This document shows positions 17,842-27,100 of a DNA stretch of 64,000 nt, piece after piece (position 1 is the stretch's first letter; each line of letters opens with the position of its first letter). The translations under genes and the position numbers were made by a program. This DNA is from Roseibacillus sp. GTDB taxonomy: Bacteria; Verrucomicrobiota; Verrucomicrobiia; Verrucomicrobiales; Akkermansiaceae. The notes under the pieces were generated by a model. It worked only from the letters and a program-made list of their open reading frames with translations. It ran no database searches and was not told the origin of the DNA. The DNA is taken from positions 96,001-160,000 of the forward strand of contig CBDEUM010000038.1 of NCBI GenBank assembly GCA_965242925.1. The letters are read 5' to 3'.

Positions 17842-19286
17842 AAACAATGAAGCGTATTGATTCTGAAGATCCCCGCGTGACGGCTTATGCCCTGGGTGAG
17901 TTACCTGAACATGAGGAGGCTGAACTGCGCCGTGTCGCGGAGGAGCATCCCGCCGTGCAGGCTGCTCTGGACGAGACTCGTGCGCTTGCCGGGTTGATCC
18001 GGGGTGGTTTCAGGGGGGAGAGTCTGGAACTGGGGGAGGCTCGGCGGGAAGCGATCCGCCGGGCCGGGCGCAGTCCGGTCCCCGAGAACCTGGTTTCCAT
18101 CCAATCCCGCCGGTGTGACTGGTTCCGTCCCGCGGTAGTTGCGGCGGTGGCGGCGGCGTTGGTGGTCTGCGTGCTCTGGATGATGCAGCAGATCCCCGTA
18201 GGTGAGAACGAACTTGTGCGGGAGGCGACCAAAGCCGAGCAGCGGCAAGCGGTCCGGATGCAGATTCTCCTCAGCCCCACGCCCCGGTCGGCGCGACCCA
18301 TCGCGGGGGGCGCGCCTCTTCCCCGGGCGTCCGGGGAGGAGGCCTACCCCATTCTGCCGGAAGTCCCGTCCGAGGTTGTGGACGAAGAGTATCTCGCCCT
18401 GCGCGGGCTCTGGCAGAAGGATCCCGACGCATTTTTCGAGAGAGTGCGCAGCGCAGCGCGGGAGATAAACCTTCCGGTCCTGAGTCGCATGGCGTTCCTG
18501 ACGGACAATCCCTTCATCTCCACGCGGGAAGAGGCGAGCTCGATCATTCCCATCGTTTCCGGAACTGCCAGCTATCACCTGGTAGAGCGGTTTATCCGTA
18601 ACGAAAAAAGGTTGCCGCCGCCGAACAGCGTGCGCACGGAGGAGTTGATCAATCAGGTGTCCTACCCTGGCGATGGAGATGCGGACCTGGATGGGATCAA
18701 GCTGGGAGTTGAGATTGTGCGCTGTCCCTGGGACCGGGAATTGGCCCTCCTGGGGGTGCTCCTCCGTAATGAGTCCGGGAGAGTGATCGCTGAGGACGCA
18801 GTGTTGCAGGTTGAGGCGGATCCTGAGTTCGTCGGGAGCTACCGCCTGATTGGCTACGCTGGCCGGTCGGATCCGGAGGGAGAGGGCGGAGTTTCGGGAG
18901 GGCTCTTCCCGGGGAAATCAAACTATGTGCTCTATCAGTTCCGACCATCCGCTCCGGAAATCTTCAACGCCCACCGGGTGGTGGCGAGAGTGAGTTTGGG
19001 TGTCGGAGCGGAGGGCAGTGAGCTGATTGTGCCGGTGACCACCCCGCCCCGGGAGTGGGAGCTGTCCAGCAACAACCTCCAGACGGCGGTGGCTCTGGCT
19101 ACGTGGGGGATGGTCTTGCGGCAGTCTCCCTTCGGCGGGCCTCTTACCCACCTGCATATCAGGGAATTCGCAGAGAATGCCCTCCATGGTAGTGATTCGT
19201 CCGATCTCAGACGACGGGAGGCCCTGCAACTGATCCTCGATTCGTTGCCCTTCTTCGAGATTGAGCCGGAAGAGAATGAGAACTGA
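17838..19286 (+). CDS. Membrane anti-sigma-like protein with YfbK-type flanking domains but no VWA core
   Basis: N-terminal TAYALGEL, one TM helix, DNPF...TASY...LPP...VRTEELIN, then YRLIGY; start overlaps the sigma stop. Confidence 0.72.
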   Translation: MKTMKRIDSEDPRVTAYALGELPEHEEAELRRVAEEHPAVQAALDETRALAGLIRGGFRGESLELGEARREAIRRAGRSPVPENLVSIQSRRCDWFRPAVVAAVAAALVVCVLWMMQQIPVGENELVREATKAEQRQAVRMQILLSPTPRSARPIAGGAPLPRASGEEAYPILPEVPSEVVDEEYLALRGLWQKDPDAFFERVRSAAREINLPVLSRMAFLTDNPFISTREEASSIIPIVSGTASYHLVERFIRNEKRLPPPNSVRTEELINQVSYPGDGDADLDGIKLGVEIVRCPWDRELALLGVLLRNESGRVIAEDAVLQVEADPEFVGSYRLIGYAGRSDPEGEGGVSGGLFPGKSNYVLYQFRPSAPEIFNAHRVVARVSLGVGAEGSELIVPVTTPPREWELSSNNLQTAVALATWGMVLRQSPFGGPLTHLHIREFAENALHGSDSSDLRRREALQLILDSLPFFEIEPEENEN

Positions 19287-19358
19287 CGGGGTGCCGGCTG
19301 GCAGGAGGGAGTTTGTGGATTGCGGGAGGCGGGGTGGAGGTTAGGCTATTACAGAGTG

Positions 19359-19760
19359 ATGAATGGTCGTAGACGCGTATTCGTGATCCTGGGCGTGACC
19401 ATGGTGGTGGCTCTTGGATTGGGGTTTGGAGTCTGGAAGTGGGTGACGCGGGAAAAGCCGAGCTACGAGTCGGCCTTCGTGGAATATGTATGGATAGACT
19501 ACCCAGCCGGCAGCATGCTGGAAGTGTCTGATTTTGGTGGCGACCGGATGGACTCGATTCTGCGGGAGCGAAAGGCAGGCTATCTTGCCGGGGTGACCAG
19601 CAGGGGCGATCCTCCCGAAGTGGTGGAAGTGGAACTGGCAGTTGATCTGGATGCTCTGGAAACCAAGGTGCTGGTTGAGGAATTCAAGGGAATGGGTCTT
19701 GTTCCAAAGGAGGCGACCTTCGAGTCCGGAACCTATCCGCGGTCCGGGCTCCTCGACTAG
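19359..19760 (+). CDS. Hypothetical membrane-anchored protein
   Basis: N-terminal TM helix; fills the gap in a co-directional run. Confidence 0.65.
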   Translation: MNGRRRVFVILGVTMVVALGLGFGVWKWVTREKPSYESAFVEYVWIDYPAGSMLEVSDFGGDRMDSILRERKAGYLAGVTSRGDPPEVVEVELAVDLDALETKVLVEEFKGMGLVPKEATFESGTYPRSGLLD

Positions 19761-19891
19761 GAGAGTCTGCCGAAAGACCCGCCTGGCGGAATGGCGTACG
19801 GGAGGGCCGGGTTCCTCGCTGAGGTCGCCGTATTCCCTTCCTTCCAATCCCCCGGTGATGACGTTTGGACATCGGGGGATGACACGATAGA

Positions 19892-20773
19892 GTGGGGCCA
19901 GTGAACGATCCTCCCTGCATTCTCCTGGTGGACAACGGTTCCCACCGTGCCGAGTCGACCCTGAGCCTGCGCCACATGGCGGAAGCCCTGGGCGGTCATG
20001 TTGGAGCAGATGTCCATCCGGTTTCGCTTCTGCATTCTACCAAGGTGGATCCTGCCGAACTGGGAGGCGCTCCGGCCCAAATTTTTGAGCCGTTCCTCCG
20101 GGCCCGGCAGGAAGAAGACAGGCATTCCTTTGTGGTGGTGCCCTTCTTCTTCGGGCACAGCGCGGCGATTTACGAGTATCTCCCCCAACGAGTCCAGGAG
20201 ATGAAGGGGAGTTGGCCGGAACTTGAAGTGCGGGTGGCGTCCTCCATGGTGAAACTGGATGAATCGGACGACACGCGGGTGGCCCGTATTCTGGGGGACC
20301 TGGTTGTGAGGAAAACGAAGGAGGAAGATCTCGAGAAACCAGCGGTGATCCTGGTGGATCATGGGACGCCACGGGTGGCGGTCAACCGGGTGCGCAATCA
20401 CATCGCGGCCCAGCTTCGCGCCGTCCTGGGTGATCGGGTGGCGACGGTGGAGGCTTCCTCCATGGAGCGCCGGGCAGGGGCGGAGTACGATTTCAACGAG
20501 CCCCTGCTGGAGGATTTGCTCGGCCGGGAGGGCTTTGACCGGGAAGTCGTCCTGGCCATGCTGTTCATTTCGCCCGGGCGTCATGCGGGACCGGGTGGGG
20601 ATATTGCCCGGATCTGTGAAGCGGCGGAAGTTCGCTGTCCCGGGTTGCGGACGCATGGAAGCGATCTCTTCGCGACACACCCCGGGGTGATCGACCTTTT
20701 GGCCCAACGCTGCGAAGAGGGGTTGGCAAGCGAACCGGTTCAAGGGGAAATCGCCGCTCCGGGGGTGGAGTGA
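19892..20773 (+). CDS. CbiX/SirB-family sirohydrochlorin chelatase-like protein (two domains)
   Basis: LLVDNGS, VVPFFFG, ILVDHGT, LFISPGRHAG. Confidence 0.82.
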   Translation: MGPVNDPPCILLVDNGSHRAESTLSLRHMAEALGGHVGADVHPVSLLHSTKVDPAELGGAPAQIFEPFLRARQEEDRHSFVVVPFFFGHSAAIYEYLPQRVQEMKGSWPELEVRVASSMVKLDESDDTRVARILGDLVVRKTKEEDLEKPAVILVDHGTPRVAVNRVRNHIAAQLRAVLGDRVATVEASSMERRAGAEYDFNEPLLEDLLGREGFDREVVLAMLFISPGRHAGPGGDIARICEAAEVRCPGLRTHGSDLFATHPGVIDLLAQRCEEGLASEPVQGEIAAPGVE

Positions 20774-20779
20774 TCCGGC

Positions 20780-21448
20780 ATGTCTGAAGTCGCCACCATT
20801 AAATTCTGGAGGGATCAGGTGGTCCGTTCGGGGCCGGAGAATATGGCAGTGGACAGTTGGCTCCTTGAACGGGAGGGGGAGCCTATCCTGCGCGTATACG
20901 ACTGGCAGGGAGAGTGGGGCAGCCTGGGCTACTTCGGGGCAGCGGCGGAAGCGCGGGCCACGATGCCCAAGGTCTCGCTGGTGCGTCGTGCCACGGGAGG
21001 GGGGTTTGTGGATCACCGTCATGACCAGACCTATACCCTCGTGCTGCCGAGGGGTTGCGGACTGGCGGGACGGAAGGGGGACGAGAGCTATCGCGTGATT
21101 CACTCAGCGCTGGCGGAAGTATTGCGGGAGGCCGGGGCAGAGGTGCGCTTGGTTCAGGAGGATGCCCGGGTGGAATCTCCGGCCTGTTTTGAAAAGCCAG
21201 TGGCGTGGGATCTCGTAGACGGGCGGGGATGCAAGGTGGCAGGAGCGGGGCAGCGGCGCAGCCGTAAGGGCTTGCTGCATCAGGGCAGCGTGATGCTCGA
21301 AGAGGGACTGGACGGGGATTCCGTGTTTAGCTCTCTGGCCGGTAGGTTGGCGAAGAAGGTGAAACGAGTTCGCCGCGAGCCCTCAGGGGAGGAACTCGCG
21401 GCGTTGATTGACCGTTTTTCCAGCCAGTCATGGGGGGAACGACGGTAG
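20780..21448 (+). CDS. Lipoate-protein ligase family protein (catalytic domain only)
   Basis: NMAVD, SLGYF, VRRATGGG.VDH, CF, KVAGAGQRR, LHQGS. Confidence 0.88.
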   Translation: MSEVATIKFWRDQVVRSGPENMAVDSWLLEREGEPILRVYDWQGEWGSLGYFGAAAEARATMPKVSLVRRATGGGFVDHRHDQTYTLVLPRGCGLAGRKGDESYRVIHSALAEVLREAGAEVRLVQEDARVESPACFEKPVAWDLVDGRGCKVAGAGQRRSRKGLLHQGSVMLEEGLDGDSVFSSLAGRLAKKVKRVRREPSGEELAALIDRFSSQSWGERR

Positions 21449-21464
21449 GGCCTGGCAGATGCGT

Positions 21465-22484
21465 TTACTTGCCCTTGGGGAGCTCCTTGTCGAGGTGCTC
21501 TTTCAGGACATCGCGGCCGAAGTCTTTATCGAAGAGGCGCCAGACGGCGTGAGCATGATTGGCTCCGTTCTGGGTGTTGGCATACTCCACCATGAATACG
21601 CCCTCATCCGTTACGCGGAAGTAGTGTGGATCGCCCTTGGTGAGGCCCCCGGCCCAGGTGAACTGCAGTGTGTCGACGGACTCGGCGATCTCATTCATGG
21701 CCGGCCTGGCAAGTTCGGACCGGGTATTACTGGCGAACTCCCGCAGGATGGCGAGGAGGAGTTTCTTCTGCTCCGCGGTCATGTCCCCACCCTTCACGCC
21801 CTGTGATTTTGGCTTGGCAGCGACCCGGTCCTGACTGGAGAGAATATCGCGCGGCGCCTTATCGGAAAACACGACCGGTTTACCGGCCTCCTTGAGAGAT
21901 TTCATGAGCGCCCGGGCCTGATCCTCCATGCGGCCCAGGGGACGGGTGCCTTTGCGGGGGCCCTTCTTCACAATAGCAGGGTTGGTGCCGAAGAAGGCCG
22001 GGGTGGCTACCACATTGCCATTGATGATGGTGTAGTTGAGGGAAAGGTGGTGTCCCTCAAATCGCCATCCCCAGACCCCGGTCTTCTGCTTGCTGGAGGG
22101 TTCCCCGAAGATTGCGATGTAGTACTTCTGGGTGTCGCGTTTGACCGGATCGTTTTCCATTTCGGCCAGGACGGCTTCCAGGCTCATGATGGTGGTAGCG
22201 TTCAGGACCCCCTTCTGGCTGAGACCACTGGCGAGGAGGGCGTAAGCATAGTGGGTCTGAGAGGGATTCAGTTCACTCAACTTGATCCCCTTGCGGTCGA
22301 GGGGGATGAAGTGCCAGTTTTCGCGCTCCTCATCGGTGAATTTGAAGGAGGCGCTGGCCTTCTGTTTGGCATCGAGGCCCTTCAGGAAATCGCGGGCAGC
22401 CCGACCCATGTCCAAAGCAGGGCTTCCAGCGTGGGCGACCGGGACGGCCAGGAGAACAGCGGCTAGTGCTAGATGTTTCTTCAT
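21465..22484 (-). CDS. DUF3500-family exported protein
   Basis: Signal peptide, WHFIP, WGWRFEGHHLSLN, ANHAHAVWR...DFG. Confidence 0.85.
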   Translation of the reverse strand: MKKHLALAAVLLAVPVAHAGSPALDMGRAARDFLKGLDAKQKASASFKFTDEERENWHFIPLDRKGIKLSELNPSQTHYAYALLASGLSQKGVLNATTIMSLEAVLAEMENDPVKRDTQKYYIAIFGEPSSKQKTGVWGWRFEGHHLSLNYTIINGNVVATPAFFGTNPAIVKKGPRKGTRPLGRMEDQARALMKSLKEAGKPVVFSDKAPRDILSSQDRVAAKPKSQGVKGGDMTAEQKKLLLAILREFASNTRSELARPAMNEIAESVDTLQFTWAGGLTKGDPHYFRVTDEGVFMVEYANTQNGANHAHAVWRLFDKDFGRDVLKEHLDKELPKGK

Positions 22485-22600
22485 AATCAACGGGAGTCTG
22501 CGATGGCAATCCCGGAATGGAAGCAGGAATATTCTGCCGGGAGATTGGCCATTGCAGGTGGCCTGAAGAAGCGAACGGAGGCGGCGGACTGATAGCTGGT

Positions 22601-24004
22601 TCAGGGGGTCACCCCCAGCATGCTCGTGGCCACCAGCAGGTAGATGAGCATTCCGGAGACGTCTACCACGGTGGTGACGGCCGGGGCGGCGATAACGGCG
22701 GGATCGAGATGGATGGCGCGGGCGCCGAGGGGAAGCAGGGCACCGATCAAAGTGGAGGCGGTCACCTGCACGGTGAGAGCCACGGCCACCGCTGAACCAA
22801 AGCGCAGGAAACTGATACCGGGCGAGACTTCGGGATGGAAAAGCGGGAGAATGAAGATTGCCACCATCGCAATGGTGAGGCCGAGGATGAGTCCCAGCAT
22901 GGCTCCGAGGCGCAGTTCCTTCCAGGCCACCCGGAAGGCATCGCGGGCATCCAGTTCGTTCAGAGCCATGGCGCGGATGGCCACGGAGGAGGCCTGTCCT
23001 CCCGAGTTGCCGCCTGCGGCAATGATCATGGGAAGGAAGAGCATGAGGAGGGGGATGCCCTCCAGGGTTTTCTCGAAGCGGAACATGATCGCGCCAGCCG
23101 CGATGGAGAGGAGGGCCAGGCCCACCAACCAGATCACGCGGCGACTGAAGTGCGTGGTCACGCGGGTGTTGAGATAACTTTCTTCCGTTTGCTCCCCCGT
23201 CAATCCCGCCTGCTTTTCGATATCCTCGGTGGATTCCTCGCTCAGGATCTCCATTGCATCATCGGAAGTGATCACCCCGAGGAGACGGTTCTCTTTGTCC
23301 ACCACCGGAAGGGCCAGCATGTCGTACTTCAGAACGGCGGTTGAGGCCTCCTCCTGATCGGTGTCAGCCAGCACGGTGTGCTCGACCGGTTGCATGATAT
23401 CGCTCACCGGGGTCTGCCAGACATTGAAGGTGAGGTCTCGCAGCCGGATTTTGCCCGCCAGGTGATCCTGTTCGTCCAGGACAAAGATCCGGCTCAGGGT
23501 CTCGGTGTCTTCGAGATCAGGGCGGAGGTGATCAAGGGCTTCCTTCACGGTCATCCCGATGGAGATGTTGCCGATCTGAGTGGTCATGCGTCCACCCGCG
23601 GTGTCTTCGGCATACTCAAGCAGGGTGCGGGTGAGTTCGCGTTCTTCCTGCTCTTCGAGGAGTCCGATCAGTTTTTCACGCTTTTGATCATCCTCCACAT
23701 CCTGGAGCACATCCACCCGATCGTCGTCGGGAAGTTCTTCCAGAACCTCGCGTTGCTGGCTGGGCTTGAGGTGGTCAAGCGCCTCCTCCACCAGTGGGTC
23801 TGGAATTTCGGCCAGGACCTCGGAAAAGGCCTCGGAGGGAAGAGTGCGGGCAAACCACGCCTGGCCCTTGCGGGGGAGATCCTCGTAGACCGCGGCCAGG
23901 TCGGCGTGGTGAACCTCTTCGGCCGCTGACAGGAAGGCGCTCCCGTCGCGGGCCGCGATGGCTTGTCTCAAATCCCCGAGAATTTGTGGGTCCTCCTCCG
24001 GCAC
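22601..24004 (-). CDS. mgtE: Magnesium transporter MgtE
   Basis: TAGGRMT, CBS pair, GGNSGGQ, DPAVIAAP..TTVVD. Confidence 0.93.
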   Translation of the reverse strand: MPEEDPQILGDLRQAIAARDGSAFLSAAEEVHHADLAAVYEDLPRKGQAWFARTLPSEAFSEVLAEIPDPLVEEALDHLKPSQQREVLEELPDDDRVDVLQDVEDDQKREKLIGLLEEQEERELTRTLLEYAEDTAGGRMTTQIGNISIGMTVKEALDHLRPDLEDTETLSRIFVLDEQDHLAGKIRLRDLTFNVWQTPVSDIMQPVEHTVLADTDQEEASTAVLKYDMLALPVVDKENRLLGVITSDDAMEILSEESTEDIEKQAGLTGEQTEESYLNTRVTTHFSRRVIWLVGLALLSIAAGAIMFRFEKTLEGIPLLMLFLPMIIAAGGNSGGQASSVAIRAMALNELDARDAFRVAWKELRLGAMLGLILGLTIAMVAIFILPLFHPEVSPGISFLRFGSAVAVALTVQVTASTLIGALLPLGARAIHLDPAVIAAPAVTTVVDVSGMLIYLLVATSMLGVTP

Positions 24005-24143
24005 CGGGGCAGATTAGGAAGCGCTTCCAATTTGAGAAGTCCAAACAGAGAGGCGAGGCGGGGACGGAGTTTTTCTTTGCGGGGCACTGCTATAGGTTGT
24101 GTATATTACTCCCGACCTCCCTCACCCCCCCCTTCCTTCCCGT

Positions 24144-27100
24144 ATGAGGTTTCCTTGGCGTCCTGCTGCCCTGCTTCTCCTGACCGTATCCCTGGTCCGG
24201 GGAGAAGCCATGCTGCAGTATTTCAACACGAGTTGGCGGGAAATCCGGCAGAAAGTCCCTGAAATAGCGGAAGCAGGGTATGAGTCGCTCTGGCTTCCTC
24301 CCCCCACCAAGGCCGGCGGAGGCTTCTCGGTGGGATACGATCTCTTTGACCGTTTCGATCTGGGGTCAAAGGACCAGAAGGGATCAGTGGCCACCCGTTA
24401 TGGAACGGAGCAGGAGTTGCTCGATCTCATCCGGGTGGCACACCGCTTCGGAATCCGGGTTTATTTCGACAGTATCATGAACCACAACGGGTTTGATGTG
24501 CCTCGCTACAACGAATTCGTGGCGGAGGATGTCTACCCGGGATTCCGCCCTGGTGACTTCCACCTGCGCGAGACCGGCGATGGGTTCTACCAAAAATGGG
24601 ATAATACGAGGGACTGGGGCAGCACGTGGCAGGTGCAGAACCTGGGGCTTTCAGGACTCATCGACATCGCCAACGAACCTGGTCCGACCAATCGTAATCA
24701 TGGTCCCTTCGAGGGCGACACCCGGAGCAAGCCTCTCTTCCTCCGTCATCCCGACAATCCGGACTACTATTGCTATGTCCCGAGTGGACCGGGACAGACC
24801 CACGCGGCCAATGAAGGCACCTACGTGGGCTTCGGAACCAGCAACGGGATCACGCGTGCTTCCCTGCAGGCCAACGAATCATTTTACCAGGAGGTGGTGG
24901 AGGATATGTTGCACCGTTCCCTGCGTTGGCAGCTTGATCGAACCAATGTGGACGGGGCACGACTCGATGCAGTCAAGCACACGCCCGCGGACTTCTTTGG
25001 AGCCACCTTCGGGGCGGACAGAGACACCTCGGACTACGGCTACCTGGGGCAGGCCCAACGGCAATTCAACCTTTCGCGTGGTTATCTCGATGCGAATCAC
25101 CGGGACACCGTCTTCAGCATCGATGCGCCACGCGATGATGCCATGTTCTTTGGCGAACACCTGGGGGCGCCGCCCGCGTATGGACCCTATATTGACGCGG
25201 GGATGCGGCTCATAGACAACGACCTCCGCAACAACCTTAACGATATTCTCGGCAATCCCTCCGCCACCCTGGCTGGCTACGACCAGCCGGGAGCCGGAGG
25301 ATTCAGTCCAAGCGTCTCGGTCATGCACGCGCAGAGTCACGACAACGACTTTGCAGTGCGTCGTGAATTGCAGCACGCCTTCTACTTCACCCGCGACGGT
25401 CTGCCGCTGGTCTACACGGATGGAAACTATCATGCCGGAACACTGGAAGGCAGCGGGGGTGCCTTTCCACGGCATGCCAATACCTCCTTCCTCGGGCAGT
25501 TTGGCGACAACCGTCTGCCCAATCTGGCCTTCCTCCACCAGCACTTCGCACGCGGTTTCCAGCGTCCCCGCTGGGCCGACAACGATTTCGTGGCCTACGA
25601 GCGCATCGACAAGAGGGAAAATGGCGGAATGAGCGACGATGCGGGAGTGGTGGCCATCGTACTGGTGAACGACAACTATGCCAGCGGGAGCAGTCGTCAT
25701 ATCGGAACCACCTTTCCCTCCACCCCCTTCGTGGACGATGCCTATCTCTACCAGTATGCCCGTGGTTATGGGAGTCAGACGGGGTTCTTCAAGTATGCCT
25801 CACAGCTTGACGAGGTGGTGGTTGATCCGGGGAGTTACATGGTCTTTTCCTACCGCACTCCGGAGGAGTCGCGGGCCTGGAGCGAGATCGGCGGACGGGC
25901 CATTGAGATTTTCCAGGAGGGTGGGCGGGCGGACAGTATGACGGTGACGCGGCGAGATGGTCCGGATGGCGATGAAGGTTTCAGCGGACCTTTTGCCAAT
26001 CCGGGATTTCATCCCCGATCCTCTGATCTCGGCGGGGTCGGGGGTACTGATTTCGAGTATGAGGTCGAGATTCCACGGGTGACCGATGTGGGCAACCTGA
26101 AGTTCGTGTTCCGCGCTGACCGTTCGACGTCCAACATTCTCTGCAAACTGGACGGGGGTGTTGATCTCAACGGGAGGCGTCCCGCCGGGAATGGCGACCC
26201 GGGCTTCCGGGACAACCCACCGGCCCTGAGCACGGATGTCTTCCTCGGGTATGAACAACCCGATTTCGTGGAACGCATGGGACCGGAGAAGTTTGCGGCC
26301 AGGAACACTTCCCGTTGTGCCCTGGACGCGGCGGAGGCGGAAAACTGGGCGATCCGGATCGGTTCGGGGAGGTTTTCGCACGTCAACGGGGAGGGGAACA
26401 ACTCCACTCCGCCGGATACCGTGCAGTTCGTGTATCACGATCCCGAAGCAGCCCTGCCGGGATCGATCGGCAATGGGAACCACTACCGGGAGACTCCCAA
26501 CTCGATTGAGGTTCACGTGAAAACGAACTCCGGACTGGGAGGATACAGGGGAGCCCTCTACTACACCCTCGATCGCAGTGTTCCGCTCGGGGCAGGTGGG
26601 ATCGGGGCAAACGCATCCACCTTGACCGTTCCCATGAACTGGGTGGGTGATGCCGAGGGCGGTAGCTGGTGGAAGGGGACCATCACGCCGCGGCGGGTGG
26701 GAACGGTTCGCTACATGGCGGCCGTTCGCCGCGCTACCGTGAATCCGCTCTTCCCGAGGGGGGCAGACGAGGTCGCTGACAAGCGGCATGGGATGACCGT
26801 CTTCGAGATCGATGGCTTTAATGGTGAGACGGTGGAGTTTTTTCCTCATAACGACTACGCCAAGACTCCTGATCAGGACTCCTTCGTGATGGAGACCGGA
26901 TTGGATGAAGGGTTTCACATTCTGCGGGCCCGGGCTTTTCTGGAGCGCACCGGGAAGGCTTCGCTCTACAACACCTTCCAGCAGACATTCTACTATGATG
27001 CTGGCAGGCCGCAGGGAGAGATCGTCTTCCCGAGCGAGAACGACATCCTGAGCGATCAGAACTTCGAGGTGGTGGTCCGGGCCGATGCGAGTGTGGGGGA

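Noticed and set aside
22499..22556. Imperfect inverted repeat between mgtE and the DUF3500 gene as a REP/MITE
   Set aside because: No second copy seen in the window and no target-site duplication.
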